This document shows, piece after piece, positions 1 to 11,943 of a DNA stretch of 64,000 bases; positions within the stretch are counted from its first letter, which is position 1, and each line of letters begins with the position of its first letter. The position numbers were made by a program, and so were the translations under genes. The notes under the pieces were generated by a model. The model saw only the letters and a program-made list of their open reading frames with translations. It was not told the DNA's origin and did no database searches. The stretch covers positions 62,001-126,000 of the forward strand of contig JBEUKZ010000075.1 in assembly GCA_048128005.1 (NCBI GenBank). Reading direction: 5' to 3'. The DNA comes from Veleropilina oligotropha (taxonomy: Eukaryota).

Positions 1-558
1 GTGACATTATTAGATACTAAACTATTAAAATGACAGTTGGAAAGAGGAAATATTGTTATGAATAAAATATGACATGGTAGGCAATGAATGATAATTACAC
101 CTTGTAACGATCTAATATCAGTTAGAAACATAATAAATGTTCTTTTCACCCTGGACAATTGCTTTGAAGATATTCTGATTTTATTTGATGTCAGTTTGAT
201 GAAATATTGTTATTAAATCTTCCTGCAGTGATATAAATCAATACTCTATGAATGCTGAGCCGCAATATGTTACCACATAGATGGTGAAGGCAGAGCAATG
301 ACGTTACTTCAATATTGTTTCCTTTCAAGACCTTCCTCAGTAATCTCTAGATAATCTCTAGCTTATCTACTGCCGATGCAATTCTCTGTCTTATTTGTAT
401 AGCTCCTTGGTCGCTTGCTATTTATCGATATATTTGCAGCATTTTCTGTCAAGATGTGGTAGATTAGACTAAAATTGCATTCAATTTCAGATACAATAGA
501 AGATAAAAGTGTGATCGTTGACTAAAACATTGCACATTGTACAATGTCACAGGAGGGA

Positions 559-1620
559 TGGCCATGCCGGGGGTGACACCGATAGGCCCCCACCAGCCAG
601 TCATGCCGGGCGGGTGACACCGAGAGGCCCCCCACCAGCCAGCCATGTCAGGGGTGACACCGAGAGGCCCCCACCAGCCAGTCATGCCGGGGTGACACCG
701 AGAGGCCCCCACCAGCCAGCCATACCCGGGGTGACACCGAGAGGCCCCCACCAGCCAGCCATGCCGGGGGTGACACCGAGAGGCCCCCCACCAGCCAGCC
801 AAGCCGGGGGTGACACCGATAGGCCCCCACCAGCCAGTCATACCGGGGGTGACACCGAGAGGCCCCCACCAGCCAGTCATGCCGTGGGTGACACCGAGAG
901 GCCCCCACCAGCCAGCCATGCCGGGGGTGACACCGAGAGGCCCCCACCAGCCAGCCATGCCGGGGGTGACACCGAGACGCCCCCACCAGCCAGTCATACC
1001 GGGGGGGAACACAGAGGCCCCCCACCAGCCAGCCATGCCGGGGGTGACACCGAGAGGCCCCCACCAGACAGTCATGTCGGGGGTGACACTGCGAGGCCCC
1101 CCACCAGCCAGCCATGCCGGGGGTGACACCGAGAGGCCCCCACCAGCCAGTCATGCCGGGGGTGACACCAAGAGGCCCCCCACCAGCCAGCCATACCGGG
1201 GGTGACACCGAGAGGCCCCCCACCAGCCAGCCATACCGGGGGTGACACCGAGAGGCCCCCACCAGCCAGCCATGCCGGGGGCGACACCGAGAAGCCCCCC
1301 ACCAGCCAGCCATAGCGGGGGTGACACCAAGAGGCCCCCCACCAGCCAGCCATACCGGGGGTGACACCGAGAGGCCCCCACCAGCCAGCCATGCAGGGGG
1401 TGACACCGCGAGGCCCCCACCTGCCAGTCATGCCGGTGTGACACTGAGAGGCCCCCACCAGTCAGCCATGCAGGGATTGACACAGAGGCCCCCACCAGCC
1501 AGCCATACCGGGGGTGACACCGAGAGGCCCCCACCAGCCAGCCATGCCGGGGTGACACTGAGAGGCCCCCACCAGCCAGCCATGCCGGGGGTGACACCGA
1601 GAGGCCCCCACCAGCCAGTC
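559..1620. repeat. GC-rich minisatellite, ~39-40 bp unit (GCCATGCCGGGGGTGACACCGAGAGGCCCCCACCAGCCA), ~27 copies
   Basis: Tandem units are directly visible; they explain all the overlapping repetitive ORFs at 464-1688. Confidence 0.95.
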
Positions 1621-1890
1621 TGTGCTGCTACCAGGCACAAACAAATATATACTGTATATTTGGAATAATCGATGTTTAAAACAAACATGAGATTAATAAT
1701 TTAACAATATCAATATTAAATATAAACATTTTAAATGTGAATTTTATAAAATACATGGTAAATGCACGTTTTCATACGGTGCCAAAAATTAACATTGTAA
1801 ATTATTATATCTAAAACTTTCCTGGGACTCACATGTACAGTTATTGTAAAGATCGATTATAATTATTGATTAATATAAACTAGAGTATTA

Positions 1891-2942
1891 CATGGTTCAT
1901 ACAGACTTGAAAAGGTCAAATTTAGGGCCTTTTTAGGGCCATATTCGGCAAAATTTAGGGCCAGTCTTAACTGCTATAATGAAATCAAATAATAACTAAC
2001 AACACTAAGGCTGCATAAAATTAATTTTTAGATTCTCAGGCACTTTTTTTCAAAAACTGATGAGGGAGGGAGGCTTTTTTTTTTTCTTGTTTATTGCTGT
2101 AAAAAGTGATGAGGGAGGCTTTTTTTTTTTTAAATTTAACACTTTAATATATTTTTATACTTTCAATAAATATGTAATATATTATTTCCCCAATGGCTGT
2201 ATTAATCTTGAACACAAAGTATCTACCAAATGATTCCACAGCGTCAGAAACGATAGCCGACGAAAATATATCGTCGAATTGGTCGTTCTTTGACTTTCCG
2301 ACCTGAATTGTCACTGCTGCATTGTCGTATTTGTCCGGTAAACCCGACCAGTCTAAATCTCCGGGAAGCGACTTCGACACTATTGCGTAGTATAATTCGC
2401 TCAGAGTGCATTGCTTATCAAAGCCACAAATTATTGTCCATGGTTTAATAACAGCTGCACCGTCTGTTATCTTTATAGAAATAAGCAACGCCATGCTATA
2501 TAAAGTTAAATGACCCAGCGTTTCCATGACATCGCACATGCGACGCAAGTCAGCGATGCGCGCATGTCGATACAAGAAAGGAAATAGCCTCTGCGCATGT
2601 CGACATTCTTGTGGCGTTCGATTTTTCTTTTAATACTTGGTTTTAATCGGAAAACGCGAATTTAGCCGACATATCATCGGAGAAAATCGTTAGCATCGAG
2701 TTATCGAACGTTGCACGCCGCTGGGACATATTTAAAGTTGGACTATATTTAGAGTCGCCATAACCAGGATGTTGTAAATTACTTTCATTGAAAACATCGT
2801 TTCATTAAATTTAGGGCCAAAATATGAATTTTTAGGGCGAACTTCTGCATTTTTAGGGCCTTTCAGGGCCTTGTAGTCAATTTAGGGCCTTTTCAAGCAA
2901 CCACCCCAAATTTAGGGCCTTTTCAAGCGCGTGCGAACCTTG
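1891..2942. mobile_element. Non-autonomous TIR DNA transposon (hAT/hAT5-like) with 5-bp TSD TATTA
   Basis: Left end CATGGTTCATACAGACTTGAAAAGG versus right end reverse complement CAAGGTTCGCACGCGCTTGAAAAGG. Subterminal TTTAGGGCC repeats at both ends. TATTA at 1886-1890 and 2943-2947. Confidence 0.75.
2144..2494 (-). pseudogene. Coding-like fragment of unknown function inside the TIR element (MALLISIKITDGAAVIKPWTIICG...FGRYFVFKINT)
   Basis: Open, non-repetitive ~115-codon frame with globular composition; ATG at 2494, preceded by a CpG-rich promoter-like stretch (2530-2720). No family recognised. Confidence 0.4.
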
Positions 2943-2951
2943 TATTATGAA

Positions 2952-3385
2952 GGAAGTGTCTATAGAACCGGATCCGGTTCCCGACTTTATAAAACTAAAG
3001 AACCGGACCACCGCCACTTATTGGTCAAATATGTCACGTGCTAACTGTTCGATTCCAACATGGCTGCTGTAACTTGTGCAGTTGCGTGTTGGCCTAAATT
3101 ATAGTAATACAAATGAATGCCCGATCAGGGCTTGAAGCCGCGTCATGGGCAAATATATAAGACATGGAGGTTTTAGTAGTTTTCTACACAAGACAATGTA
3201 TATAAGATGGGCAGAATTCGGTCCGCAGGCCTAAAGAAGAAAAAACTCGTCCTGATTAATAACACTATAACACGTAAACCTCCGTCTGAAAGCGCGTGAC
3301 ACGTGACATATTTGACCAATAAGTGGCGGTCCGGTTCTTTAGTTTTAGAAAGTCGGAAGCCGGATCCGGTTCTATAGACACTTCC
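2952..3385. mobile_element. Mutator/MULE-like MITE, ~90-bp TIRs, 9-bp TSD TATTATGAA
   Basis: Ends GGAAGTGTCTATAGAACCGGATCCGG... and ...CCGGATCCGGTTCTATAGACACTTCC. TATTATGAA at 2943-2951 and 3386-3394. Long TIRs with a 9-bp TSD are typical of MULEs. Confidence 0.85.
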
Positions 3386-3811
3386 TATTATGAATGAAAC
3401 AGATGCTCTTCAGGACGTGTTATCATGTGTCGTCGCCAACATGGGGAGCTTTAAATTATCTTATTTGTCTTTAAAAGTATTGACCAATAACTAGGTAAGT
3501 AAATTCAGATTTTATTTCACTGATCCCAGCGAATCAGCTATGGAGATGAAGATTTACCTATGAACAACTCAAAGCAAGTGAAGATCCCATATCAAGAGAC
3601 CATACAGTTTTGGAAAAATAGCGATAAGATTTTGGAAATGGACAAGTTGTAGCAACCTTTGAAATTCAATTTGCTTTACACTTGACTTCAGAATCTAACA
3701 TGGCCCAAAATGCAGGTGGAGGTCTCATGTTTCTGTGCACTACCATCTTGCAATAACAGGAAAATAATTGAGACAAAATATGTCCGGTATATTTTGGATT
3801 TAGTCTTGTAG

Positions 3812-4295
3812 TCATTACCCAGGCGAAAATGACCCTTGGTTGACCATGAAATACCATGTTAAATCATGGTACTTCATGGGTCTGGAGCAATGATGGACCA
3901 TGGTCGAGCATGTTTTGTTAGATCAAAGATCATGATCAGAGACAATGGTCAGTTTATGAACCATGGTTAGCCATGAAATCTCACCATGGTCACACATAAA
4001 ATATGACCATGGTTGAGCATGTTTTGTTAAATGGCACCTCAGTTAGATACCATGGTCAAAGATCACAGTCAGAGACCATGGTTAGCCATGAAATTTCACC
4101 ATGGTCACACATAAAATATGACCATGGTTGAGCATGTTTTGTTAAATGGCACCTCAGTTAGATACCATGGTCAAAGATCACGGTCAGAGACCATGGTTAG
4201 CCATGAAATTTCACCATGGTCAAACATAAAATATGACCATGGTTGAGCATGTTTTGTTAAATGGCACCACAGTTAAATACCCTGGTCAAAGATCA
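3812..4295 (+). repeat. CCATGG-rich subterminal repeats including 3 x 115-bp tandem units (3961, 4076, 4191); probable CACTA/EnSpm-like end
   Basis: The 115-bp period is visible. The tract starts near CATTACCCAGG, and a related CATG-rich tract ending in CACTACCC (minus) lies at 38440-38957. Superfamily assignment is inference. Confidence 0.55.
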
Positions 4296-4581
4296 GCAGA
4301 CTAAGCTAGCTACAATCCACACATGAGCGAGAGAGAATACGGTTAAAAAACAATGCCAAATGTGTGGCTGAAGTCAAGATATAATTTGCACGTATAATGC
4401 GTCTCTTCTAGTATATATCTCAAAGCTCTGAAATGTCACTCATGTAACCACAAGGAACAAAACAAGACTACTAGTGATATATATATATGTTCATGAATTT
4501 CTTGTTGTCACTTGTCATCCACCCGTATAAACAAACATATGGCTGTTACCCGTATCTTATCACACTGATACATAAACATGC

Positions 4582-5037
4582 AATAAATAGAAGGTATTTG
4601 ATGGTATGTCAGAAATATTAAATATATTTTGTCGAGTTAAATATATTCTAGCACATTCACGAAAGGCCGAAGGCCTTGAGTGAATCGGCTAGGATATAGT
4701 TCACGAAACAAAATTTATTTAATATTTCTGACATAACATTAAATACTGTATTTATTATATAAATGGGTGTTATCAATTAAATAATGTTACCTTTGTATAG
4801 CAATGCTTATCTTTGTGGAAGAACGAACGTTTATGCTGTTGACGTTGTAATGTTGAAAAGTAGTTTGCCATGGACAACGTTTTTATGATGTCACATTATG
4901 ACGCGTTTTCGATATTTTCACTCAGTGTGAAATATGGAAAATATTTTCACTAACGTGAGTGAAATTATAGATGAGTGAATTACCGATTATATTTTTGCCA
5001 TTATTTAACGAATAACAGCACCATTTATATAATAAAT
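4582..5037. mobile_element. Palindromic non-autonomous element (Crypton-like architecture)
   Basis: ~175-bp imperfect palindrome centred on GGCCGAAGGCC (~4665-4675), followed by a second inverted pair TTATTATATAAATGG (~4753) / CCATTTATATAATAA (~5021-5035). Confidence 0.55.
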
Positions 5038-5737
5038 GAATAATATCCCACTGTTAATGCTATGGCTTCTTAAATGTTTTATGGGGAGATATCTTACCTC
5101 ACTTGTAACTGACCCATGTTTGATATTAATATTTTGAGGTATAAATGGCCTGGAAGTCTTCACTGCGTCACTGATTAAGTAAAGTAGTGTTGCTAGAATG
5201 TTACCCTGTATTTATACCTGCACCACAGATAAAGCAATCTAAACAGGTGCCATACTGGCCCAGCATAAAACAATAGATATAACTATTAACTGCGTCATAA
5301 CGATACCTTTAATTGATACAAGCCAAAGCCCTTCATGAATGGAGAGATCACAACAAGTTAATTACATGGTCCATTCATGGCAAAACAAGTACTCTCTGCA
5401 GCTTCAAACAACAGCGATACATAAAGAAAGAGCAGCATCATTGTGCCATTTGTAGCAAAACATTTAATATTCAAACAACATTAGTATTTTATAATCATGT
5501 TACTGATTGACATTTTCTTTTCTTTGGCTGCATTCATACAGTTAAGTGAAAATTACTTTCAAGATCCATATGGCATCCTTTACATTTAAACAACTTGGAA
5601 AACTAACTGGCTCAAGAGATCTGTAATTGTTTATGCATTTGTCTTCATACACACCTGAAATAATTACCGATATCCTTGAAGTTTCCAATTAAATATAAGC
5701 TAACATTTTGTTAGAAGTTGGATATAATTAATGTAAA

Positions 5738-8214
5738 ATGAGGTTTTTAAGTAAACCTAATATTAGTTAAAATATACTTGTCCTTACTCTTGCCATAATA
5801 GTCATATTATAGCTAACTGGAAACAGTGAAAATGGTCACATTATGCACTATTAAGTAATAAAACACACTACGATTACCTCCCCTGCTCCCCCTCTCTAAT
5901 GTTCATCAAGACGAGAGTTCGTCAAATCTCGCGAGATGCACGAGATCAAGGTGCCACACCTCATTCAAAGTTCGGAACAAAAGGAACTTAGCAAGAGGGG
6001 AGGAATGCGGAAGCGCAGGGTGGGTAATCATAATAAGGACATAAGTATATTTTAACTAATATTAGGTTTACTTAAAAAACTCATATTAGTCACAAATATA
6101 CTTACGTCCTTACTCTTGCCACAATAACCTTGGACGAGGTGGGTTAAGTTCCTAACAACAATACCCAAACAAGATTATGACTTACTTTTCACCCTGTCAA
6201 TCAGCTTGTAGCATCGATTGTGTCTGCACAGAGTGGAATTTGCGGAGTATTATATTCTACTCCTACCTCGCGAGAATTTCGACCAGTGAAACCAGGAGAA
6301 TACGCCAAGGTGTTAGTCGGACAAGGTGAACGGAAGTGCAATCAGCTCCTGGCACAGCCGGAAGGAAGATTCTTGTAGGTCTTACGTAGGCCAGTGGCAG
6401 CCAACTGGAACTCCGGACCATAGGCCGGTAGCCAGAGGAAGCAGTCGGATTTGTAGGCACACAGAACCTAATAGGTTGTGAGGACAACAAAATGTAAGCA
6501 AAGCATTAATAGATTAAACAAATAATCGATATTAATAAGTAATTCGCATGACCAACTTGCGAAATGCTAACATGAGGACATGTTACTTAAATAAATTTAA
6601 AGATAAAAAATATTTAAAAAATTTCAATGTCTTGAACATGGTATGTTCCATAACAGCATAGAACATCCGCATTAGAAATGTCTCTGTTTAATTACTGTTT
6701 GCTTTGTTATTTTAGCTTTACCTAGCATTGTCCCTATGGGTGCATGGGAGGTACCGGGCCCTCTGATAGACTCGTGAGCTCCAGGTTGAGCGGAAAAACC
6801 CAAGGGTTAGTCGCGTCGGTCTCGGACGAGTGATCAGGTGTCGCCGATTGTCCGGATCTTAGACCATCGTAATGGTGTCCGGCCTGTTTATCGGCTTTCT
6901 CTTTGGGTCGCTCACCACTGCTTGACGGTGAGTTTCCTGCAGAAGGACTAGCGATCCCAGTATTCTTAGAGGCCGAAGAATAGGATGGGGAACGTCTGCC
7001 CTGTTCAGCGGTTCGCCGCGCTGCCATATGTAGCTTGCTAGCTGGCAAGATACGGTTGGCTGCGGTTACTAAGCCCGGTCGAGGAGAATCGTACAGCTCT
7101 CGGGCTCCTACCAGAATCTTGGGTTCCGGAAAGGATTTTGCGACTCCCCCATGGGTCGCGGAGGTTTCGCCGGTAGATCCGGCGACAGACGGTACCCTTG
7201 GTCGACTGTCCTCCAGCGTTCCTGAAGTAGACAAACAAACGTTATCCCCTCTGTTATGCCTCTCTGTCAAACATAGGCACAATTCACATTGATATTTCAT
7301 ACTACAATTACGGTGAATACGGCATTCCGTGTGCCTATCAAATCCATGTATCTTCTGGTTACACCCGGAGTTGCTGCACTGGACCATAGCTGATTACACG
7401 GGAGGACGGGGTAAATAGATTGTATATCCTTGGTAGTTGTGACTTACTACTACAACCTTCTGAAGATTTTAGATCAGGCAATAGTACAGTAATTAACCCC
7501 GACTGAGATATCACCGAGGCAGACTTTTATAAAAAAACGGCAAGTAACTATATAGGTTTTTTTTCTAAAAAACCGCCCAAGAAAACACCTGAAAACCTTG
7601 TGGATGTTTACTATATGTTAGTATGGTGGCGTATTATGCCAGTAACGGCAGGATATCAGAATAACGTAATGTTGATACCTAAAGACCCTGCCTTTTAACG
7701 ACGTTAAATTTTAATTAATAAATTACCAGCAAAAAACGCCGTCAAGGAAATATCCAAAACAAATAAGTTACCTCTGTAGCTTCAACAATATCAGATAATA
7801 ATACAGACTAGAAATTTCTGCTTAACGACACATCCCCTCTGAGCAGCACTTGCTTCCAACTAATACCACTATCTTCCTTCTTTTTCGTTGAAAACAGGAG
7901 GATATCTATCAAATCTTCGATTTCACTGAGGTATGTCCAACACTCCGAGGTAAATTCAATCTTATTATAACTTGCTCTCCGGGGAGATCATTATAAATGA
8001 TATATATAAATCACACAAATTGAAATATTTTGCGGAGCTAAAAAAACACAGGTTTCCAAGATGGCGGAAAAACTTTGAATGAGGCGTGGCACCTTATCTC
8101 GAGCATCTCGAGAGATTTGACGAACTCTCGTCTTGACCATTTTCACTGTTTCCGGTTAGCGATAATATGACTATTATGGCAAGAGTAAGGACGTAAGTTT
8201 ATTTGTGACTAATA
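5738..8214 (-). mobile_element. Internally deleted DIRS1-type tyrosine-recombinase retrotransposon (ITRs + internal complementary region)
   Basis: 5762-5972 is an inverted copy of 8070-8214. The ICR at ~6035-6121 is complementary first to the left terminus (5738-5786) and then to the right terminus (8178-8214). It contains a Gag-like ORF; no RT, RNase H or YR is recognisable. Confidence 0.85.
6734..7387 (-). CDS. DIRS Gag-like ORF1 (217 aa), probably truncated
   Basis: N-terminal Cys/His knuckle CSNSGC...DRHTECRIHRNCS...CELC, typical of DIRS ORF1, followed by a Ser/Pro-rich disordered region; lies inside the ITRs. Confidence 0.65.
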   Translation of the reverse strand: MVQCSNSGCNQKIHGFDRHTECRIHRNCSMKYQCELCLCLTERHNRGDNVCLSTSGTLEDSRPRVPSVAGSTGETSATHGGVAKSFPEPKILVGARELYDSPRPGLVTAANRILPASKLHMAARRTAEQGRRSPSYSSASKNTGIASPSAGNSPSSSGERPKEKADKQAGHHYDGLRSGQSATPDHSSETDATNPWVFPLNLELTSLSEGPVPPMHP

Positions 8215-9573
8215 CGGTATGTCACATTTCCACATACTGTTGGTGAAATTTGTAATTCGAACCCACTGATTCAACAAAGTCATTTTATTGTAATCAGTTG
8301 AGTTCATTACAAATTAATTTGAACCAATTCTTTAACCCACTTGGCTATAGGGACATCCTGCCAAGCTACAATGCATATCTGAAGAGATATAAACATCCTA
8401 TAATCTATAATAATAACTTCCATAAAACAGTTTGGATGAACAAACCAAGTCAACATGTCAATGCGTCTATAACGACTGTCAAATGACAGGCAGCGCAGTC
8501 TTAAGCTTCATTACTTATTAAACCAATATCTGGATATTTTTCTTCAAGGACTTCATCATTAAAGCAAATAAATCAAGCACGTCAGTGCTCCATCGCAAAC
8601 ATTATCATTATCGATCACCTGCCTTCAAAGTATTAGTATAATCTAGAAACAAAATATCAAAACCGAAGGTTGTAAACATCTCAAATTACTGAACACCTGC
8701 TCTGTGAACTATAGCTATGACCTTTTATTGATTCATGTCATACTGTCTGTTATTCCTGTTTTTATGGCCTTCTTTGTAAATTGTGAGCAACAATTATTTC
8801 TTTAAAAAAATTATTGAAAGGATTCAAAATTAATTTTGAGGGACTCTCACAATATTAAACGTTATCCTGGGGCGGCGAGTTTGATACGTACGTTTATCCT
8901 ATGAGCTTTGAAAATATCACACAAGACACAGTCGAGTGTGATATTATCATTGAGAGACGACACAGGGTAACATTTTTATTTTCATTTTATTTTACAAAAA
9001 TCCTACTTTATCTGCCTGTCAGTGTTGAACAATCACCAAGTTATGAATAACGTCATGTAAATTGCACCTTACGGTGCAAAATAACATGGATATTTAAAAA
9101 GCTGAGGAATTGTTTAGTCATATACATTCATTGTATATAATTGTATCTCAAAGAAATATTTGAAAACACATTCATGATTATCTCCGACATATAAGCGAAA
9201 TGATGTCTAGCAGACGACATGTCACATTGTAGTTTGATACGAAAACGTAGTTTGATACAAGTATTTGTGCAAACTGCTTGTGACGTCATTTTGACAAATC
9301 GGACATCCTGCGACGTGAAAATAATGCCTTTTATGGCTAACTGTTTTCCCTCTGTAAACAAAACTTATTATTATTTCCCTCATCCATGTAATGGTTGGTT
9401 AAGGGTATTGTGAAATTTATGGTTTATCTGCCTAGCCCTGTCTGCATCTGTTTGTCCAATGTCCAGACACCTTGAAATGTTAATACAAAGATAAGCATGC
9501 CACCTAACCTGGATTATAGATAAAAATTATAACATTCCGATCAGGATCTGGATTTAATGACATCATTTCATCT

Positions 9574-9912
9574 GCAGCCGTGGTACAGTGGTAGATGCAC
9601 TGGCCTCTCACTCGAGAGGTTTGGGGTTCAACCCCGATCCCGGCGACTTCCCTTGGGCAAGGAATTAAAGCATATATTGCCTTGGTTCACCCAGCCGATC
9701 TGAGATCTGAGTGGGTACCTGGTTGGCAGTGAGGGAATTGTCAGTACGACTAGTCTGATGCGCCTATAAATGGCAGCTCGGCTGTAATACTCTCATAGAG
9801 AGTTGAGATAGAATCTCGAACAGAACAGGCCGTTAACCAGGGAATAATAATGTAGCGCTTTGAGCAAGCATTCGTGCCTGAAAAGGCGCAATATAAGTAT
9901 CCACATTATTAT
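9574..9912 (+). mobile_element. tRNA-derived CORE-type SINE with L2-like 3' tail
   Basis: A box TGGTACAGTGGT, B box GGTTCAACCCC, CORE-like CCTTGGGCAAG...CACCCAG...TGGGTACC, tail GCGCTTTGAG...GCGCAATATAAG...(TAT)n. A second copy lies at 41838-42180. Confidence 0.85.
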
Positions 9913-10213
9913 TTCCATTATTCGCATTTTCTGCTCTTGCGGAAAACTATTAGTCATGGAGATTTCTGGCTTCCATCATCGCGTAACTTATCACCAGGGC
10001 AAGGGTTTGCAATCTAGGATTGCCGTGTTATAATATATTTGTAACATCAGAGAGCCTGACTACACAACTTGATAAAGAAAATCGCCACAATTTGTGAACA
10101 TTCTAAACTTGTAAAAATAAACATCCCCAAACTTAATACCGATTTATTGGTCCTACAGTTGGTAATTTAATTTAATATTATATCTTTAACGATGTTTTTC
10201 AGTTCTGTCATAC

Positions 10214-10280
10214 CTGTACCAGCAAACTCCCGCCACAATGAGGCCAATAAGACCAGCGACGCTGCACCCAGCCACAATCG
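10214..10280 (-). CDS. NPDC1: NPDC1/cab-1-like gene, transmembrane exon (AIVAGCSVAGLIGLIVAGVCWYR)
   Basis: tttgtttgcag acceptor and gtatga donor, phase 1 to 2. Resembles the NPDC1 TM segment (CVAGAAALSVASLCWCRL). Downstream exons were not found in the window. Confidence 0.8.
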
Positions 10281-10994
10281 CTGCAAACAAAAACAAATAC
10301 AAGAAATCAATATTTGTCCTGCTTTCGCAACAAAATGTGACATTACTACCACTTATATGGCATATACCCATTACACCGTGTAAATTAAGCCTTCGAGTCC
10401 CATAAACTTTATCAGAACCATTCTGATCACCTTCGGGCCACGGCAATAAGAGGCCAGCTTTCAATCCACCTGTGGTGGTCCCATCCAATTGACATTGTAG
10501 GCTTGGCTTAAAACAGTAGTTTAACCCTTTGATGCTGTATTTTTGGGTTAGCACATATGAATCGCTCCACCATTAATTATATAAGCCAATACACAATTAT
10601 ACATATGTTGCAGCAATCAAAGGATTAATGTGATCTGAGTGGATGATTAATAATGTCAGAAAATGTAAAATTATGAAATGGGAGATAACTTTGCTTTGAA
10701 TTTAATATCCCATTTCAATAACATCTTACATATGATATTGGGAAATTTCAATATTAACATGGATTTAACCTAGCTAGAATATATCCAATTAAGGAACCAA
10801 TAAACTTGTTTTTGGTCGGGATTGAGTCAGATGAGTTAGCACTAGTGAATTGAGGGCAAAACCAGATAATCGATCAGAGCATGGACTTGATCTCGTGATT
10901 GCCAGATATGCGTACGTTGAAATGAAAATACTTGGGTGCATAAAATAAATAAACAAGATTGTCAATAAATAAGTAATGATAAACTATCACTTAC

Positions 10995-11207
10995 CGATAA
11001 AGTAGACGTCCGAGAGGGGCACCATGGCGACCTTTTCATGGGGTTGTCTCTCCTGCTGCGATTGCGGCGTCGGTGGATTCTGATTGGGCGAGCTGCTGTC
11101 AGGGGTCGCAGCCGAGGTCGTCTCTGTGATGGGATTCTTATTTATAGTGTTATCATCTCCAGGTGCGAGAACAGCTTTGTCGATGCCGTCGACGGAAAGG
11201 TGTGGAA
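10995..11207 (-). CDS. NPDC1: NPDC1-like gene, Pro/Ser/Thr-rich stalk exon (PHLSVDGIDK...VPLSDVYFI)
   Basis: ctctcag acceptor and gtaagt donor, 213 nt open, phase 1-1; joins the TM exon in frame. Confidence 0.85.
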
Positions 11208-11599
11208 CTGAGAGATGGCACGTAAAGGTTGCAAAATTTCATTTCGTGAAAAACTGTCATCAAATGCTAACAAATAACAGTTCACTAACTATAACATACT
11301 TGCATATACTAGTATATATATATATATATACAGACAAATACATCTAAACGTATAGATGGATGACCATAACGTGATTTGATATTAGCGATGGCTTTTTACA
11401 GTTATTATAATAATTTTTGTAAATTGTATTAACATATATCCACGATTAAATTTCACTCAATTTGCCAGATTTAATAATTGAAATATCCCGTGGTTCTGGA
11501 TTCAGATCGATTTTTTGCTTATTTTCCGCATTCACCAGCCAGGTATGGACAACTGTGAATTGAAGCGCACCAGCGGTGCAGTCTCTCATGGTTATCTAC

Positions 11600-11826
11600 T
11601 TGAGTTGAGAACTTTGTTATGCGACCCCTTTGGCAATTTTTCAGCCTTAACGTGGTCAGGACACCCGGTTTAAGGTCTCGTTCCGATCTGACCGACATAC
11701 GTACATTAGGGATATGCCATCTATTAGTTTTAAGCCTTAGAATAAGGCAGGCCGGAGCACCCACATCCTACCGTCCCACATAACGTTTTTCCGACGCTCT
11801 AACCAGTTGTGCTATCGAGGATGGTT
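11600..11826 (-). mobile_element. tRNA-derived SINE (Meta-SINE-like)
   Basis: The minus strand has a tRNA-like head (ATAGCACAACTGGTTAGAGCG) and the core GGTCAGATCGGAACGAGACCTTAAACCGGGTGTCC shared with 49110-49295. Confidence 0.65.
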
Positions 11827-11943
11827 TATCTACTAAATAACATACTATTAGTCTCTTAGCATGTTAAACACATTGATGTAATTCTTCATATGGAAAACTT
11901 CAGCATCACGCAGAGTACATAATTATAAGCTTTAAACAGTGTA

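Noticed and set aside
464..1688. Multiple long overlapping ORFs on both strands
   Set aside because: Artefacts of a stop-poor GC-rich minisatellite; frames shift with unit-length variation and there are no splice signals.
3666..3857. Candidate continuation of the NPDC1-like gene
   Set aside because: No resemblance to the conserved NPDC1 cytoplasmic motifs (AxMYHYQHQ, VYECPGLA); the remaining exons probably lie left of the window.
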